Program-made: the position numbers and the translations under genes
NCBI RefSeq assembly: GCF_964355755.1
Contig: NC_092680.1
Coordinates: forward strand, 20,345,045 to 20,409,044
Origin: Antedon mediterranea
Taxonomy: Eukaryota; Animalia; Echinodermata
Reading direction: 5' to 3'
DNA: 64,000 bases
Shown: one piece after another, positions 1 to 13,272 of the stretch
How positions within the stretch are numbered: position 1 is the first letter of the stretch
How the letters are laid out: the number at the start of each line of letters is the position of its first letter
The notes under the pieces: generated by a model
The model's database searches: none
What the model was told of the DNA's origin: nothing
What the model saw: the letters and a program-made list of their open reading frames with translations, nothing else

Positions 1-1187
1 ATGAAATAGCACAATAATTAATAATTTATTACGCAATATGTGTAAATAATGGAAGTGAAAAGGATTGGACGATTGTCTACAAAAGAGAAAAATAATGCCA
101 CGATAATATTTTCATTGGCATCCAAATCCGAATTTTATGTTGATAATAGACCTGAAAATAAAAACAACAATACCTATGGATTGAAAACAACATTATATTA
201 CGCAGAAACAGTCAATGGGTCTATTGAGAGAGGCAGCGCATTTGGCGAGCGAGCTTGGTTGGTTTGTAGAAACGCGGAGGTAACTCATCTTCCAGAAATC
301 GTAGCGAAACAGCGTTTAATATTTTATTTAACCAGGACCTTCTTGGTCAAGTAATAAGCAGATAATAATTCATAATAGTGTATGTATTTGTAGGAATTGA
401 TTTAATAAATGTGTATTTGATGTGACTTTGCACTTTCTATGTATCAATTTAGTTTTACGTCTTAAAAAAAACACAAAAAAAAAAAGCAAGGGAAAAAAGT
501 GGCTGCTCAATATCATTGTAAAATCTCTTAATAAAATATTCATAAACTAAAAATAGTATATTTAAATGATGACATTTTGATACAAACCTAACTTTATTTT
601 GCAGTCACCTTCTTAGAATTCCTCATTCTGGCAAGAGTGCAGGTGTTTATGATAAATGAAAGACTAATGAACGAACAAACCAGTATTTAAGTGTTGCTAT
701 CACTCTACTTCTCTTATTATAACAAATATAATTCTTATTAATTGTAGAAGAGCACTTAATACAAACGATTAAAACAAAAACCAAGTACTTTACTAATTGG
801 TATTTCCACATTGACATGTGTGCTCTAGATATACGCACACCAATGTATCTCGAAAACGCTAAATATTTAGAAAATTGAAACATAGTTACTAAGTATTAAG
901 TAGGTATTTATTCAATACTATACTTAATAACATAATTAATAATACGTCTAAAAGAATTATGTTTTTAATAGTTCATCCATTGAACGATGACGTACCACAG
1001 TGTTTAATGCTGTCTCAGCAGGTATAATAACCACGATCATACGATAGTCTTTTTCTACTATAAAACAACAAATCCGACATTTTATTATTTATACAAGCAG
1101 GACATTTCTACCTACGTACGGATATTTAGAAATGTTGATTATATTTTAGAAGTTCCTAAATTAGGAGTGGGGATCGTCATCAATGCT

Positions 1188-2204
1188 ATGACTGAACTTA
1201 GTCAATCGTTTGATTTTCAAGGAACTAACGGTACATCATGTACTGAAGAAAGTCTGATACGAAACGAAGGAGTCACCATATTTTTATCAATGTTTATGTT
1301 TATAATTATGATAGTGACTATTGTTGGAAACACACTGCTTTTCATATTGACTTATTACACCGAATCTTTACGAACGATTTCGTCTGTTTTTATCTTAAAC
1401 TTGGCACTCATTGATGTCCTGATTGGTGTTGTGTTGTTACCATTTTTACTAGCTAGTTGCATTGCTGATGGACTGCTGTTTGGTGATGCATTCTGCACTT
1501 TTAACGGTATTGTGAATTCTATATTCTGTATGACAAGCATGTTGTCACTTCCTCTTATATCTATTGACAGATATTATGCCATTTGTCGGCCTTTCCAATA
1601 CAGAAGACATATCACTACCACAAGCACGGTTATCATGTTGTCGTGGACATGGGTTCAATCAATTGTTATAGCCTTGCTTCCTCTATCAGGCTTAACATAT
1701 TATAAATACTATCCTAACGAATATCTGTGCACTGTGGCGTGGGTCATATGTCCAGCATATTCTTTATTCATGTTATGCTCGTGTTTTGTTCCAGCAATCG
1801 CTATAATGTGCGTCTGCTATTATAATATACTGACAGTTGCGCGACGTCAAAGCCGACGTGTACAAGCGCAGGAGCGTATTTTCGCACATCGCCAAACGAT
1901 CAAAAAGCGTGAGATAAGAGCAGCAGCTACGCTTCTACTTGTAATCGGTACGTTTTTATCGTGCTGGGCACCACACATAGTTGGAGTACTATTCTGTCAA
2001 ACATTTGGTGAATGTCTTTGGGCTGACTGGTTCTTCACAATGTCCACATGGTTAGCGTTCACTAACTCCGCATTAAATCCGTTGATATATGGTGTGCTGG
2101 ATCGTAGATATCGTAATGCTTTTAGTAGAGTGCTAGCTAAGTACATCAAACCAAAACAAGAGAGAAATCCAACGTACAGTATGAGCACTTCTTGGGGACA
2201 ATAA
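1188..2204 (+). CDS. Orphan rhodopsin-family (class A) GPCR, single coding exon; GPR161/amine-receptor-like architecture
   Basis: Seven hydrophobic segments with GN (TM1), NLALID (TM2), DRY, CWAP (TM6) and NPLIY (TM7); N-terminal sequon NGT; first ATG at 1188 (the ORF track starts at GTG 1167). No TM3 Asp and no TM7 opsin Lys. Confidence 0.9.
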   Translation: MTELSQSFDFQGTNGTSCTEESLIRNEGVTIFLSMFMFIIMIVTIVGNTLLFILTYYTESLRTISSVFILNLALIDVLIGVVLLPFLLASCIADGLLFGDAFCTFNGIVNSIFCMTSMLSLPLISIDRYYAICRPFQYRRHITTTSTVIMLSWTWVQSIVIALLPLSGLTYYKYYPNEYLCTVAWVICPAYSLFMLCSCFVPAIAIMCVCYYNILTVARRQSRRVQAQERIFAHRQTIKKREIRAAATLLLVIGTFLSCWAPHIVGVLFCQTFGECLWADWFFTMSTWLAFTNSALNPLIYGVLDRRYRNAFSRVLAKYIKPKQERNPTYSMSTSWGQ

Positions 2205-2263
2205 ACATTATATTTGAACCGAATGTAGTTGTAGTGTAAAGTAAATTATTAGGCTGTTTGTAT

Positions 2264-2470
2264 AGCTCGGTTCCCACTAGCGACGCAACGTAACGCAATC
2301 TACGCAACGTAAGCAAATGCCCTTCTAATAATTGTGTTTGCCCCCGCCTGCGTGAAATCAAACCTACGATGTTTGGAGCACTATTGCGTCGTCGGTTCCC
2401 ACTTGTGATTACGCAATACAGAACTTTGCGTCGATACGTCGCTGCGTTGCGTTCTAGTGGGAACCACGCT
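2264..2470. mobile_element. MITE family B (PIF/Harbinger-type, TIR AGCTYGGTTCCCACTAG)
   Basis: agctcggttcccactag ... ctagtgggaaccacgct terminal inverted repeats, internal acgcaacg repeats, flanks tat/tta. Related copies or fragments near 5699, 6730, 20060, 26540-26810, 47251 and 57587. Confidence 0.75.
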
Positions 2471-2893
2471 TTACTGAGTGTGTATGGTTAACATTCTAAA
2501 TTGCATGCACCTTTGCAAATATAATTTATAAACTCAGCAGAACGAAGCTCAACTTCTTATGCTACTGGAGGTTTGCATCACAATACATTTTTACATCTGT
2601 CCTGTTATTATTATTATTAAGATTCGTTTAGTTAAAAAATCGACGCATTCATAACGATTTTAAAATGTTGTCATTAAAAAGTAATATTTAAACTGATGTT
2701 GAAATAAAACTAGGGTGGAGGAATACAACTTACTTGCAGCTTACGATACCAATACCCGCTTGTTATCTTTCTTATTATTTCTTATTTCAGCGTTTGGGTT
2801 TAGACATACGTTTTCCACGTACTAAAATCATAATCGGTAGGCCTATGTTTCTGAGTAAAATCTCGCGCATGCGGCGCGCTCTCGTCTACTAAA

Positions 2894-3026
2894 AGCTCTG
2901 TTTACACCATCAACTTTTATGTGATGTACCCATATATAGAAATATATATATATAGGCCTATACCATATTTAAGCATATCACTACCATATTTGGTCACATC
3001 ACACTTTTTTTTTGTTAAACAGAGCT
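2894..3026. mobile_element. MITE family A (PIF/Harbinger-type, TIR AGCTCTGTCTACACTATCAAACT), degenerate copy
   Basis: agctctgtttacaccatcaac ... gttaaacagagct; internal gtgatgt and catatcactaccatattt shared with the other family A copies. Confidence 0.7.
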
Positions 3027-4027
3027 CAACACATTGGTTAGCTTATGAGCAGAAAGGTCATATTTCATTTTGACCTATCTGATATAAACAGAATTGTAAA
3101 AATACGTCGATTATCCTAATGTTAAAAACCCCGATACTTTTTAGATGCAAAATTGAATTGAATGACGCCCTCACTGAATCACTGTGACGTCACTGACTTA
3201 ACTGATTAGTTATGAACGAGTGAAAGATATTAATTAAATCCAAAGGCAATGTCTGAATCAAGAATTGCTCTACGGTGATCATCTTAGCCGATTGAATATA
3301 CATCCGGCTAACCGACTCAAAAGCTAAGGATAATATACTTCTGAAAGAATTATTGATATTATACGGTAAAATGGATTTTTATGCGTGGTAACGATGCCTA
3401 TATTATGAAATTGCGAGATACAGATTGATAAAAGGTATGTAGGCTTATTATGCAAAATACGCTAATATTGGAGTGCTCATTATTTTTTCTTGTGAATGCA
3501 TTAGGCAGCCATGTCAGTCGCATCCCTATTCAGTTGGATGAAACACGATTTACATTGTTGGCGTTGAGATTTCTTTATGATAGAAATAATAAATAGAATA
3601 TCATGAATATTCATTAAAAAATATACAATAATTATATATTATAATTAAATTATAAAGAACTGACCGGTCGTGGGCGACCCATTTTTTTTGTACATAATTT
3701 TTGTTGAATGTTGTCTGGCAAATGCATTTAAATAGTTACCAAACTGACAAGCACTCGCTTCTTTTCACTATTGCTTGTTATAAATCAATATATTTTGCAC
3801 ACAAATTGGAAATTACAGAAAAAATATCGAAAAGATAAACGACGAAACACTGTGCAACATTTTTAATTTAATCAGACAAAACAACAAGCCAGATAGAAAT
3901 GCTTACAAAATATGTTATACGTATAAACATTGAGAACAATAAAAAAGAAGTTTTATTTCAACACAATTAAATCCATTTTTTAAGCATTGATACGGAAAAA
4001 AGGAGTAGATATATTACATTTAGAATT

Positions 4028-4083
4028 ACGAGCACGACATTCACGAGTACGACATCCACGAGTACGACATCCACGAGTACGAT
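4028..4083. repeat. 15-bp minisatellite (acgagtacgacatcc), about 3.5 copies
   Basis: Tandem copies directly visible. Confidence 0.8.
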
Positions 4084-4734
4084 TAAGCCACTCTGAATAT
4101 AAAAAAACATAGGCCTACAATAATATAAATATAGGCCTCCTGAAAATTCATATACTACGGTAATCTACGTAGTTTGTATATAATTGTATACGGTAAAAAT
4201 CAAAGTTATTAAATTATTATTTTAATTGAATATGCACGATTAATAGCTTAAGGTCATCTTTAATTAATTACATTTTTAAACAAAACGTACAGATTGACCG
4301 CGGGATACAATTTCTTTTCAATTTCTGTAATGAATTTTTATTTAGTCTGGTCGATGAAAGGCCAATACAAAAGATGTCTTGGAGGCGTGTACAAAACATT
4401 TGTATTGATAGTGATAGTCTCGAAAGCAAACCAAACGCATTTACAAAAACACATGTTAATGTCGACTGTAATTATTTCTTTTTGATCTGCGTCGCTGATG
4501 TATTATCCTAATCTTCAATAAGTAGGCCTAGGCATAATAATATCAGACGCAATTAGGCCTACAAATATAACTCATAATTATTATGTAAATTGTGAGAATC
4601 TATAATATGGCCTGGACCTTAAGCTCTATCTATCTATCTAATTCTTAAGTCATCTTTTCTTAAGCTCTATCTACACTATCAAACTAGCTTGACAAAAAAA
4701 AGTGTGATGTGCCAAAATATTCTATTCTATACAG

Positions 4735-4880
4735 GTTTTTATATGTCGCCCAACAAAGAACAGAGCGCCTTAACAATACTAAGTAATTATTTTAAAAGAA
4801 AAGTTTTAAGTTGACGTTTAAATAGAGGTGCCGAATTCGCTCCTCTCAAATCGACAGGTAGCGCGTTCCAGATCCGCGGA
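4735..4880 (-). mobile_element. 5'-truncated LINE (CR1/L2 group) 3' fragment
   Basis: Minus strand reads PRIWNALPVDLRGANSAPLFKRQLKTFLLK, the typical WN.LP...FK..LK C-terminus of CR1/L2-group ORF2. Confidence 0.7.
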
Positions 4881-4884
4881 ATAA

Positions 4885-5225
4885 TAATAATAACAACTTT
4901 ATTTAAAAACGGATGCAACACTTGGATCACCAGATTGGTGTTTTCACAAGGCCGTTACTTACTACAAAACTATTTACAAAGTTATCATTCACAGTACATA
5001 ATGATTAAAAAAACTATATAAAAATGATTTCATGAAAAACATAGAGTTTCAATTATATCTTATCTTTGGTCATTTATTTATTTTTTTTAATATATGTATA
5101 AATTAGGAGCTGTAATTGCATTTGAGTTTATAGCATTTAAACTATTCCATAGCTTTGCGCCAGAATACGAGAAACTTTTTTTTTGTACTCAGTGTTTGCC
5201 TTATGTAAACTTAGAATATCTTTTG
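4885..5225 (-). mobile_element. 5'-truncated LINE (L2/Crack-like) 3' fragment
   Basis: Minus strand near 5140-5180 reads FSYSGAKLWNSL, a typical ORF2 C-terminal motif; AATAAA and an (ATT)n-type tail near 4885-4905. Confidence 0.55.
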
Positions 5226-5298
5226 ATCATAAACTTTGATAGTGTAGACAAAGCTTAACAAATAATCAAAATGCTTACTGAAACTATGTCATCTAGAT

Positions 5299-5370
5299 CA
5301 GCGTTCCGCAACCTTTTACTGACTGCGACCCCATGATCCTATTTTTGGAATTTTCGCGACCCAAGATTGC
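5299..5370. mobile_element. hAT-like transposon terminus fragment
   Basis: cagcgttccgcaacctttt ... gcgacccc resembles hAT (Charlie-like) termini CAGNGNTTCNCAACC; no second end found. Confidence 0.4.
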
Positions 5371-7171
5371 GTATTTGATCTTACAGAAACAAAAATGTTT
5401 CGAATGTGAGGAATCGAATGAATTAACATGATATACTATAGTTTCTAGGTCATAGGTCATCTCAAATCGAAAGCTGCTTAATATTCAGGCCTATAGAGTG
5501 TGATCAATAAAACATATTGGTGGACTATACTTTCGGGAAACTCAACGATTTGAAAATATAAATTTATTAGGCGTATTCAGAATTCAAACAGATTCAATAA
5601 CAGAAGACATTAATCACAGTTTAACGATGTCTGACTTGACTATTATAGCCCTACACGTAATGTCTTCATCAACATATTGCAGACTGTTGTACGCCTAAAG
5701 CTTGGTTCCCACTAGAACGCAACGCAAAAAATAAATCAAAATGAAAAAAAAAGACTTTAAACTGAAGTTGAATTGTGCAGGCCTAGATAATTATCAATCT
5801 TGTTGAATTGTTATTAGAATATTTCATCCGCCATTATGATTACAACTGTTTCTAAAAAGTTCGCACAAAATCATTGATTTTCCGAAATAAAAATAACTTT
5901 AAAGCTCAAGTAAGGGCATGAATTTTAAATATAATATCTGGTTAATTGTACATAAATCAAATATTTGTAACAGAAAACATGATTTTTCCCTAATATGGTC
6001 AAATACAAAATTTTGCCAAATTTTGCCATAAAAAACAGTAAGACTTTTTTTCAGTAGTTAGGTAGTTTAACCTGATGTAATAACATGTCTGGTGACTCCC
6101 TAGAAGGTGAAAAAAGATGGTGGATATACGGTGGATAATTTTTGCTTAACATTGTATTACCACACCGTTTATTTTTCATAGCTTTTTAAAATGCCTCTCT
6201 ATTTATAAAATGTGTGTACAAAAGAATAAAGATTTTACTGTGTAATTTGAACTATCCCCCCTGAAAGTGCTGATTTTCAACAAGCTCGTGTACGACAAAT
6301 AAAAGAAAATAAAGAATGTATGATCAATAGAAATTTTTTGCCCGCACCTGGACTTTAACAAAGGCTTTAATTTTTCTTCAGTAAGCATAAGCATGTTACA
6401 TATTTCCATTTCCCTACTTCACTGACTTATGGATGATATAGTAGGCCTACGTAAGACAGGTTGCCTGACTACACGACACATTAACATGAGCTTCAGGTAA
6501 AATAACAGGTTGCCTCTTATTAGAATTATTCTCTTAATGAGAAATTCTATATGGAGACATTTTGTAGATCAATTATTGTAGAAAGAAATCATGGAAAGAC
6601 ACGAAATCAATTTGCTAATCAAAATAAATAGGTCAAAATACTTGTATCTGCTTACTGAAACTATGTCATCTAGATTATATAGCACAAGTATGGCGACGGT
6701 CAATTCCAGTCAGTTTTGATTCAATAACTAGGAAGCAACTCAATGACGTAAGCGCAACGCAAGTATTTGGTCAATCACGAGACGCGATGCATTGTCACGC
6801 GTCATTGGTTATTACTCGTGCGTTACGGTGTCTAAAGGAGAAGAATCAATAAAAGACATACACGAAACTAAAGTGTAGCAATACCCGAAAATACGAACAT
6901 TTTGAACATACTATCTGATTCCCTGTGTATAACGGTAGATTTTTCTTTTTCTCCTATCTTGTTAATGTTTGTCATACTGCAACTAAGCAAATAAATGTAT
7001 AATAAAATACAGCCATCCTATAAATGGCGAGTTGCTTGTTGTATGCGTATAGAATATTAGAAAAGGCTGAATTGCTTTTTAGAAACGTGCCTCCTTGTTA
7101 AGACATCTTTAATTAAATTTTATAATCAATATTTATTCTAAAGAAGAAATAAATACTATTTTGTATTATTT

Positions 7172-7495
7172 GATTGATTGATTGATATTCTTCTTGATGA
7201 GTGTATGAGATCTACTTGACACTGCACAGCTTGTAGATCCTAGACCCCCTATGTTTTGATTGATATATTCTTCTTGATGAGTGTATGAGATCTACTTGAC
7301 ACTGCACAGCTTGTAGATCCTAGACCCCCTATGTTTTGATTGATATACTCTTCTTGATGAGTGTATGAGATCTACTTGACACTGCACAGCTTGTAGATCC
7401 TAGACCCCCTATGTTTTGATTGATATACTCTTCTTGATGAGTGTATGAGATCTACTTGACACTGCACAGCTTGTAGATCTTAGACCCCCTATATT
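7172..7495. repeat. 79-bp minisatellite, about 4 near-identical copies
   Basis: cttgatgagtgtatgagatctacttgacactgcacagcttgtagatcctagaccccctat recurs with a period of 79. Confidence 0.95.
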
Positions 7496-8387
7496 TCTGC
7501 AAGCTAGCTCCAAGCCCCTATTAGTAATAATCTTTCTGCATATAATGACAACAGATTGGAAGGGATTATCCGTATTAGGCCTAATAGTATGAACAAAATG
7601 TTATTAACACCAACCACCTGTGTTTCAAATCATTCCTTAATCTTTTTTCTTTTATATAGTAGAGACCGTTTCAAAAAGTCTAAATCATAACGTGCTGTAT
7701 ACTTCTACATTAAAACAAATTAAAATCATACGTTTACTGTAGTAAGATGTAGTTACTGCAGTAAATACAGTAGATTAACTTAACGAAATGATCCCTTATA
7801 TTATTATGTTTACATAAACAAAAAGCAGATGAACTACATGTAGTTATTGTTTTGACGACAACATCCATCAATTTAATCATTTCATTTCTCCTCAGACTAC
7901 TGCAATATTATTTACAAAATGCAGTGTAATTCTACAGTTACAAATTAAATCTAAAAACTTAAAACACCTAGAATATTAAATATTAATATTAAAACACCTA
8001 GACTATTATACTAGATACCAGTCCTATTCTGCTTGTTTTCCGCCAAGCAGATTTAACGAATGTTTAATATTTTAATAAAATATGATGATAATGTATAACA
8101 AAGACCATAATGAATTACATTGTTGCTATGACACTTGATTTTCCAATTCATGTAAATTTTGATTTTGTTTTGTAATGAATTATACGTACAATGGATAATG
8201 AACTTGGATGTATCACGTGACTATATTCAATTTTGATTAAAGCAGGCTTTTAATACCAAATGATACTTTAATTAGGCTGCTTCATTGTAATTTTGTAATG
8301 TATTCATTATTACGCTACGGCATAGAAACAATGTGTTACTGAACGGAATAATAGGCCGTAGGCCTACTGTTCCAAATTAAGGGACGG

Positions 8388-9063
8388 TATTCATTGAAAT
8401 GGTAATACGTATAGTATAGCTCCGTTGCTCCGTTTGTCCTCATTTGTAAATTAGTAGGCCTACATAAATTATAAGAGTTAAATTGATAGTAACTATTTTG
8501 TTATGTTCTTGTTGAAAACTCGTTTTACCAAATCCAACCTTTTCCGAGTCTCCAATTAATATTCATTGAAATGATAATACGTATAACTCCGTTGCTCCGT
8601 TTGCCCTCATTTGTAAAGTACCGTAGGCCTACATGAGTTATAAGAGTTAAATTGATAGTAACTATTTTGTTATGTTATTGTTGAAAACTCGTTTTACCAA
8701 ATCCAACCTTTTCCGAGTCTCCAATTAATATTCATTGAAATGATAATACGTATAACTCCGTTGCTCCGTTTGCCCTCATTTGTAAAGTACCGTAGGCCTA
8801 CACGAGTTATAAGAGTTAAATTGATAGTAACTATTTTGTTATGTTATTGTTGAAAACTCGTTTTACCAAATCCAACCTTTTCCGAGTCTCCAATTAATAT
8901 TCATTGAAATGATAATACGTATAGCTCCGTTGCTTCGCTTTCCTTAATTTTGAAGTTAGTAGGGCCTACATGAACTTAAGAGGTAAATTGATAGTAACTA
9001 TTTTGTTATGTTCTTGTTGAAAACGCGTTTTACCAAACCCAGCCTTTTCCTAGTCTCCAATTA
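8388..9063. repeat. ~169-bp tandem repeat, 4 copies, upstream of the neurensin coding exon
   Basis: attcattgaaat ... gagtctccaattaa recurs near 8389, 8561, 8730 and 8899. Confidence 0.95.
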
Positions 9064-9244
9064 AGTCAAATCCTAATCACGTTATTATTATCGTATTCTA
9101 TAATGTAACAATTTATTAGATGTCTACTACGTACGATATACAAGAAACCTTATCTGAATATTTAAATTGATGTTTTGTTCTCTTAGATATTTTTTATGCT
9201 TTTTCAATTTTATATTTTCAGATATACATCAATAATCAAATAAC

Positions 9245-10015
9245 ATGGCCGAGAAAAGCTACCAAGGCATGACGGCTGAAGTTGGCGGCGGGAATACTTC
9301 TGCCAAACCTTTACTGCCAACAGGAGAAGAAGACAGCAGACGACAATATCCTGCCTCTGCTAGAAGAAAGAAATTGACGCGTCCACCACGATTGGAAAGT
9401 GTGTCAGAAAGTGACGTCAGTGGGACCAACGACTCACCACATGGTTCAGAATTTGGAGTACGGTCTTACTTACATAATTTCTACGAAAATCCGAAAGGAT
9501 ATAGCAGTTGTCCTGGTTATCATCGGTTTGGTAGAGATCTAAGACGGAAAAGGTGCCGGTGCGGTATATGGTGGTGGAAGGCGTGCGCGTGGGTCGGGTT
9601 TAATATACTCATTCTCTCAGTAATAATAAGCTTAATAGGTTATCTAGTTAACCCAAGAAAGGAGATTCAAGATGTCAAAAACAATATTAGTGTGGTTGAT
9701 GAAGACGCCATACAATTCAATGAACGATTAAATACTGCGAAGGTTGTTGGGCTAGCTTTACTATGCGTTGGTGGCGTCCTCTTAGCCGTGTCTCTTCTAA
9801 TTCCAAGTTTCTCTAATCGGCTCGATGACGACGGGTTTGGAGATTTGTCGTTTTTTGCTGATTCGAATTTCCCGCCTTATATGCCTGTTGCTACGGAACA
9901 AGAAAGTATGGATGAAGGAATTCCATATACGTCAGAACTGACGAGTGTTCAACCAATCAGAGATAAGCAGGAAGGCGTTATTGCTGGTAAAGATGTTCAA
10001 GTTTTAACCAATTAG
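9245..10015 (+). CDS. NRSN1: Neurensin-like vesicular membrane protein
   Basis: Family motif FGVRSYLHNFYE, two TM helices (about aa 113-135 and 167-187) flanking VVDEDAIQFNERL, C-terminal VQP; splice acceptor ttttcag just upstream of the ATG. Symbol denotes the NRSN1/2 family. Confidence 0.88.
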   Translation: MAEKSYQGMTAEVGGGNTSAKPLLPTGEEDSRRQYPASARRKKLTRPPRLESVSESDVSGTNDSPHGSEFGVRSYLHNFYENPKGYSSCPGYHRFGRDLRRKRCRCGIWWWKACAWVGFNILILSVIISLIGYLVNPRKEIQDVKNNISVVDEDAIQFNERLNTAKVVGLALLCVGGVLLAVSLLIPSFSNRLDDDGFGDLSFFADSNFPPYMPVATEQESMDEGIPYTSELTSVQPIRDKQEGVIAGKDVQVLTN

Positions 10016-11110
10016 TGAACATTTAATTGATGAATAATTAATATTTGCGTACGTACGGCTAATGAGGTGTCAATAACCCTTCCAAAGTAATTTAAATTTC
10101 AATAAGATAAATGAAAACATTAATAATTTAGGCTTACCTTGTTTAACAAATTAATTTAACAAAGTAATATCATTTAATAATTTTCCAGATAAATACTACA
10201 TTTTGGTTATTACCAAAATGACACGAACTGATTATTATTTTTATTTTTTGTTTCTCATAAGTCAATAAAAGTCGTACAGTATATTCTTGGATAGAAAATT
10301 GACCCATGTATGCCTTTCAATGACCCAGTGTAATATCACGATTTACGTTTTTCAGATTTTTTTAATATTTAGTCCAGTAGACTGATGCATATTAACAAAA
10401 TCAAAAATAAAAGAGCTTAAACAAAATTGTAAAAAATATAATAATAATTAAGTGAGCTTGATGATGACGTGGTGATGACGATAATAATTTAAATTCGGAA
10501 GAAGACATCTAAAACTTGTTGACAGTAGACTAGAATCCCGACTGGGATATCTAAAGGGGAAAACTCACTGTTTTTAAAGGAAGATTAGTCCGTTTCAATT
10601 GAAATATGATTCTGTACTTTGATCGCATAATATTATAGTGTAGGCCTAATCCCATTTTGGAAACACATAGATATGCTGTCATCTTGTTCTTGAAGACAAT
10701 AACAAACTATAACATTACGAAAATTTAATTCCGTTTTCAACAAAAATAAAATCATAAGGGAAATATAGTGTAGACAATTGATGTGGAGATGTGATCGCTT
10801 CAGTAGCTGCTCTGTTATTGTGTTCATCATTTTTCTGACAATCTCTTGAGTCATATCCATTTATTATACTCTGTACAATGTAATATGATTATAATCACAC
10901 GACATGCACTCACTTGGGACACTATCACCACCACCTATCACACACACTGTAGAAACTGATAGATTGAGGGAAGACACGTAAAACAAATACATTCTCAGTA
11001 TGCGAATAATAAGCTGGATAAAAATGGAATTTATAATGAGCGTCGTATCAACAACGAAGACGCTGTTCAAGCAATGGCAGACACAAAGGTAAACATATCA
11101 AGTAGGCCTA

Positions 11111-11214
11111 CAGTAGAGCCTCTTATTTAGGGGACACCCCTATTTAGAGGACACTATTAAAAGGACAATTTGTTTGGTCCCGATAAGGTGTCCCCTTAAT
11201 AGAAGGTACTACTG
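11111..11214. mobile_element. Tc1/mariner-pogo (Tigger-like) MITE
   Basis: TA|cagtagagcctcttatttagggacac ... gtgtccccttaatagaaggtactactg|TA: inverted termini beginning CAGT with a TA target duplication. Confidence 0.8.
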
Positions 11215-11986
11215 TAACTATAAGCGAAGAGCAAGATACCAGGTTGTACCAAAGGGGACTACGAAGCTGAATCGTCTGAAACTTTCAATTCGCGCCTGTT
11301 TCACTTAATATGCTAATGTGCCAGATTTGCGCATGCTCTGACATGATTTTAAGTTTGGAGTCATTCAACCATAGAGGTATAAAAATAATATAATTGTATA
11401 TAATAATAATAATAATAGGTCATTCTTATATAGCGCATATAAGCAAGCTCTCAATGCGCTGAACATTATTACCCCAGTCATTTCCTGATCAAACACCTCC
11501 ATGATTCAACAAATACAAGGACTGTTAGAAGATTTTTGTTTTCCACACACAAATAACAATAAATTATTAGTAATATATATTTATTTATATAAATAAAGCA
11601 TATATAATATAAATATAAATAACCTGATTACAATAAATCAATTAATATTAATCATAATACAAAATTAAATGCATTATAAAATATGTATTAAACTTTATTT
11701 CGAAAGATTTAAGTTTATACAAATATAAATAATTTTGATATGTTTCTTGGACATCCATCAATATATAAATAGAGATATTTCAGAACCATTAAAAAAGACA
11801 GTCATAGAAAAAGGCAGATAACCAAGAAGGAGAACAAACAAAGTTATACAATAAATTACATTCATAGAACTGAAATAAAATATTTATACAAATTTTTCTA
11901 CACCATCTATATTTCCGATAATTAAAAAACAAACAATAACACCATTTTAACAGAAATATTACAAAAAAATTACAAATCACATTAGT

Positions 11987-13272
11987 AAACTAGACATGGA
12001 ACTCGTCACTTGAGGACGAGTTTGGTTATCCGCCCGCAACAAAACTTATCTTGCGTACTCATTCAAAATTAAAACTGTCCTTTCAGTGTAATAACCAAAT
12101 AAATCATTTTATGTAATTGGTTTCCCGTGACGGGATTCGATCCCGGTACCTCTGATACCAAAGTCGGTTGCACTACACATCGAGTCATATGAGCACCTGC
12201 TGAAGAAAATCCAAAGAAAGTTTCCTCGTTCATTCGGTATGTCGTGAACCCCTCGATGCAAGTTGATTATTACATACCGAACTAAATCATAATTTTTACT
12301 ATGATAAAATCTTCACAAATGTTAAACAGTGACATATTATGAAAGTGCATACTTTCAAGTTTTATATATTAACATGTGAAGAAAAAAGATAAATTTTATA
12401 TTTATTGTTTTGCTCTTTGAAAATATTATTGTTGGTTTGATGGTAAAAATTTCAAAAATTATATTTAATATGCAAATAATGTATCCATAAAACAAGTTTT
12501 AACATTCAACACTATAGTAAATCACACCTATGATTCATACACTGCAAGAAAATAAAATAAAAGATGGGGGTAACTTTGCATTCTGATGAACTGTATCGTT
12601 TTCAAAAGTAAACGTATTTTGCAACATTTTCAGAATTTTTTAACGTTTATGTGCGCAACCAGTCATGTTTAACGTGCTCGTAGAACGTCATTTCGAGTTG
12701 ACTAGTGAATAAAATAACGTTAAATTGTTAACCGAAGTTTGAAAAACACAAATCGTCCAAAAGAAATGCTCATACGTGTTCCCTGCGCCAAGCGCGCGTA
12801 AAATGTGCGCACCTGGTGGCAATTTTTAGAACCCTTAAAATGACCTGGAACGTGCTCTAATTTAATCAGAAATTGATTTGAAGCATTTTAAAATTTCAAA
12901 CGCCGTTTATGCGCACACTTCCTAATGTTACATGCAATTTTTAATCCATAGAAAGTTAGCGCATGATATAAATTAAACTTTTGCTAAGTTTCAATTAAAC
13001 ATCTTATTGGTTTTTGCCCTATGTTAAATACGCGAAATTCATAAAAACACGCGAAAGTCACGTTGCGCAATTGCAAACGTCGTGAAAACCTTCGCTGCAC
13101 AACTTTACGTGAATGGCGATATGTTGAGAAAGTTACGAAACGTTATGTTTGCAAGTTTTAGAGATACGCGTCACACAAAATATTACAGAAAGAAAGAATA
13201 AGAAAAAAAAGAAGAATATGATTTCGTACAATCACAAGGGGTTATCCAGCAACTTCGTTGCGGATAACCAAT
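11987..13272 (-). mobile_element. Helentron-associated non-autonomous element (HINE / DINE-1-like)
   Basis: On the minus strand: 5' subTIR GGTTATCCGC with adjacent inverted copy (13240-13269), TTC/T-rich microsatellite (13187-13216), 3' subTIR GCGGATAACC (12024-12033), stem-loop AACTCGTC-N7-GACGAGTT (12000-12022) and terminal CTAGTTT. Confidence 0.75.
12120..12200 (-). mobile_element. tRNA-derived SINE head fragment inside the HINE
   Basis: Minus strand GGGATCGAATCCC B-box-like stem with an upstream A-box-like sequence. Confidence 0.45.

Larger units (their letters stand above)
4663..5255. mobile_element. MITE family A copy interrupted by two LINE 3' fragments
   Basis: Left TIR agctctatctacactatcaaact at 4663 and right TIR tttgatagtgtagacaaagct ending 5255, about 450 bp further apart than in intact copies. 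Confidence 0.65.

Noticed and set aside
49-883. Short ORFs 49-354 and 647-883
   Set aside because: No recognisable motifs; consistent with chance ORFs in AT-rich DNA.
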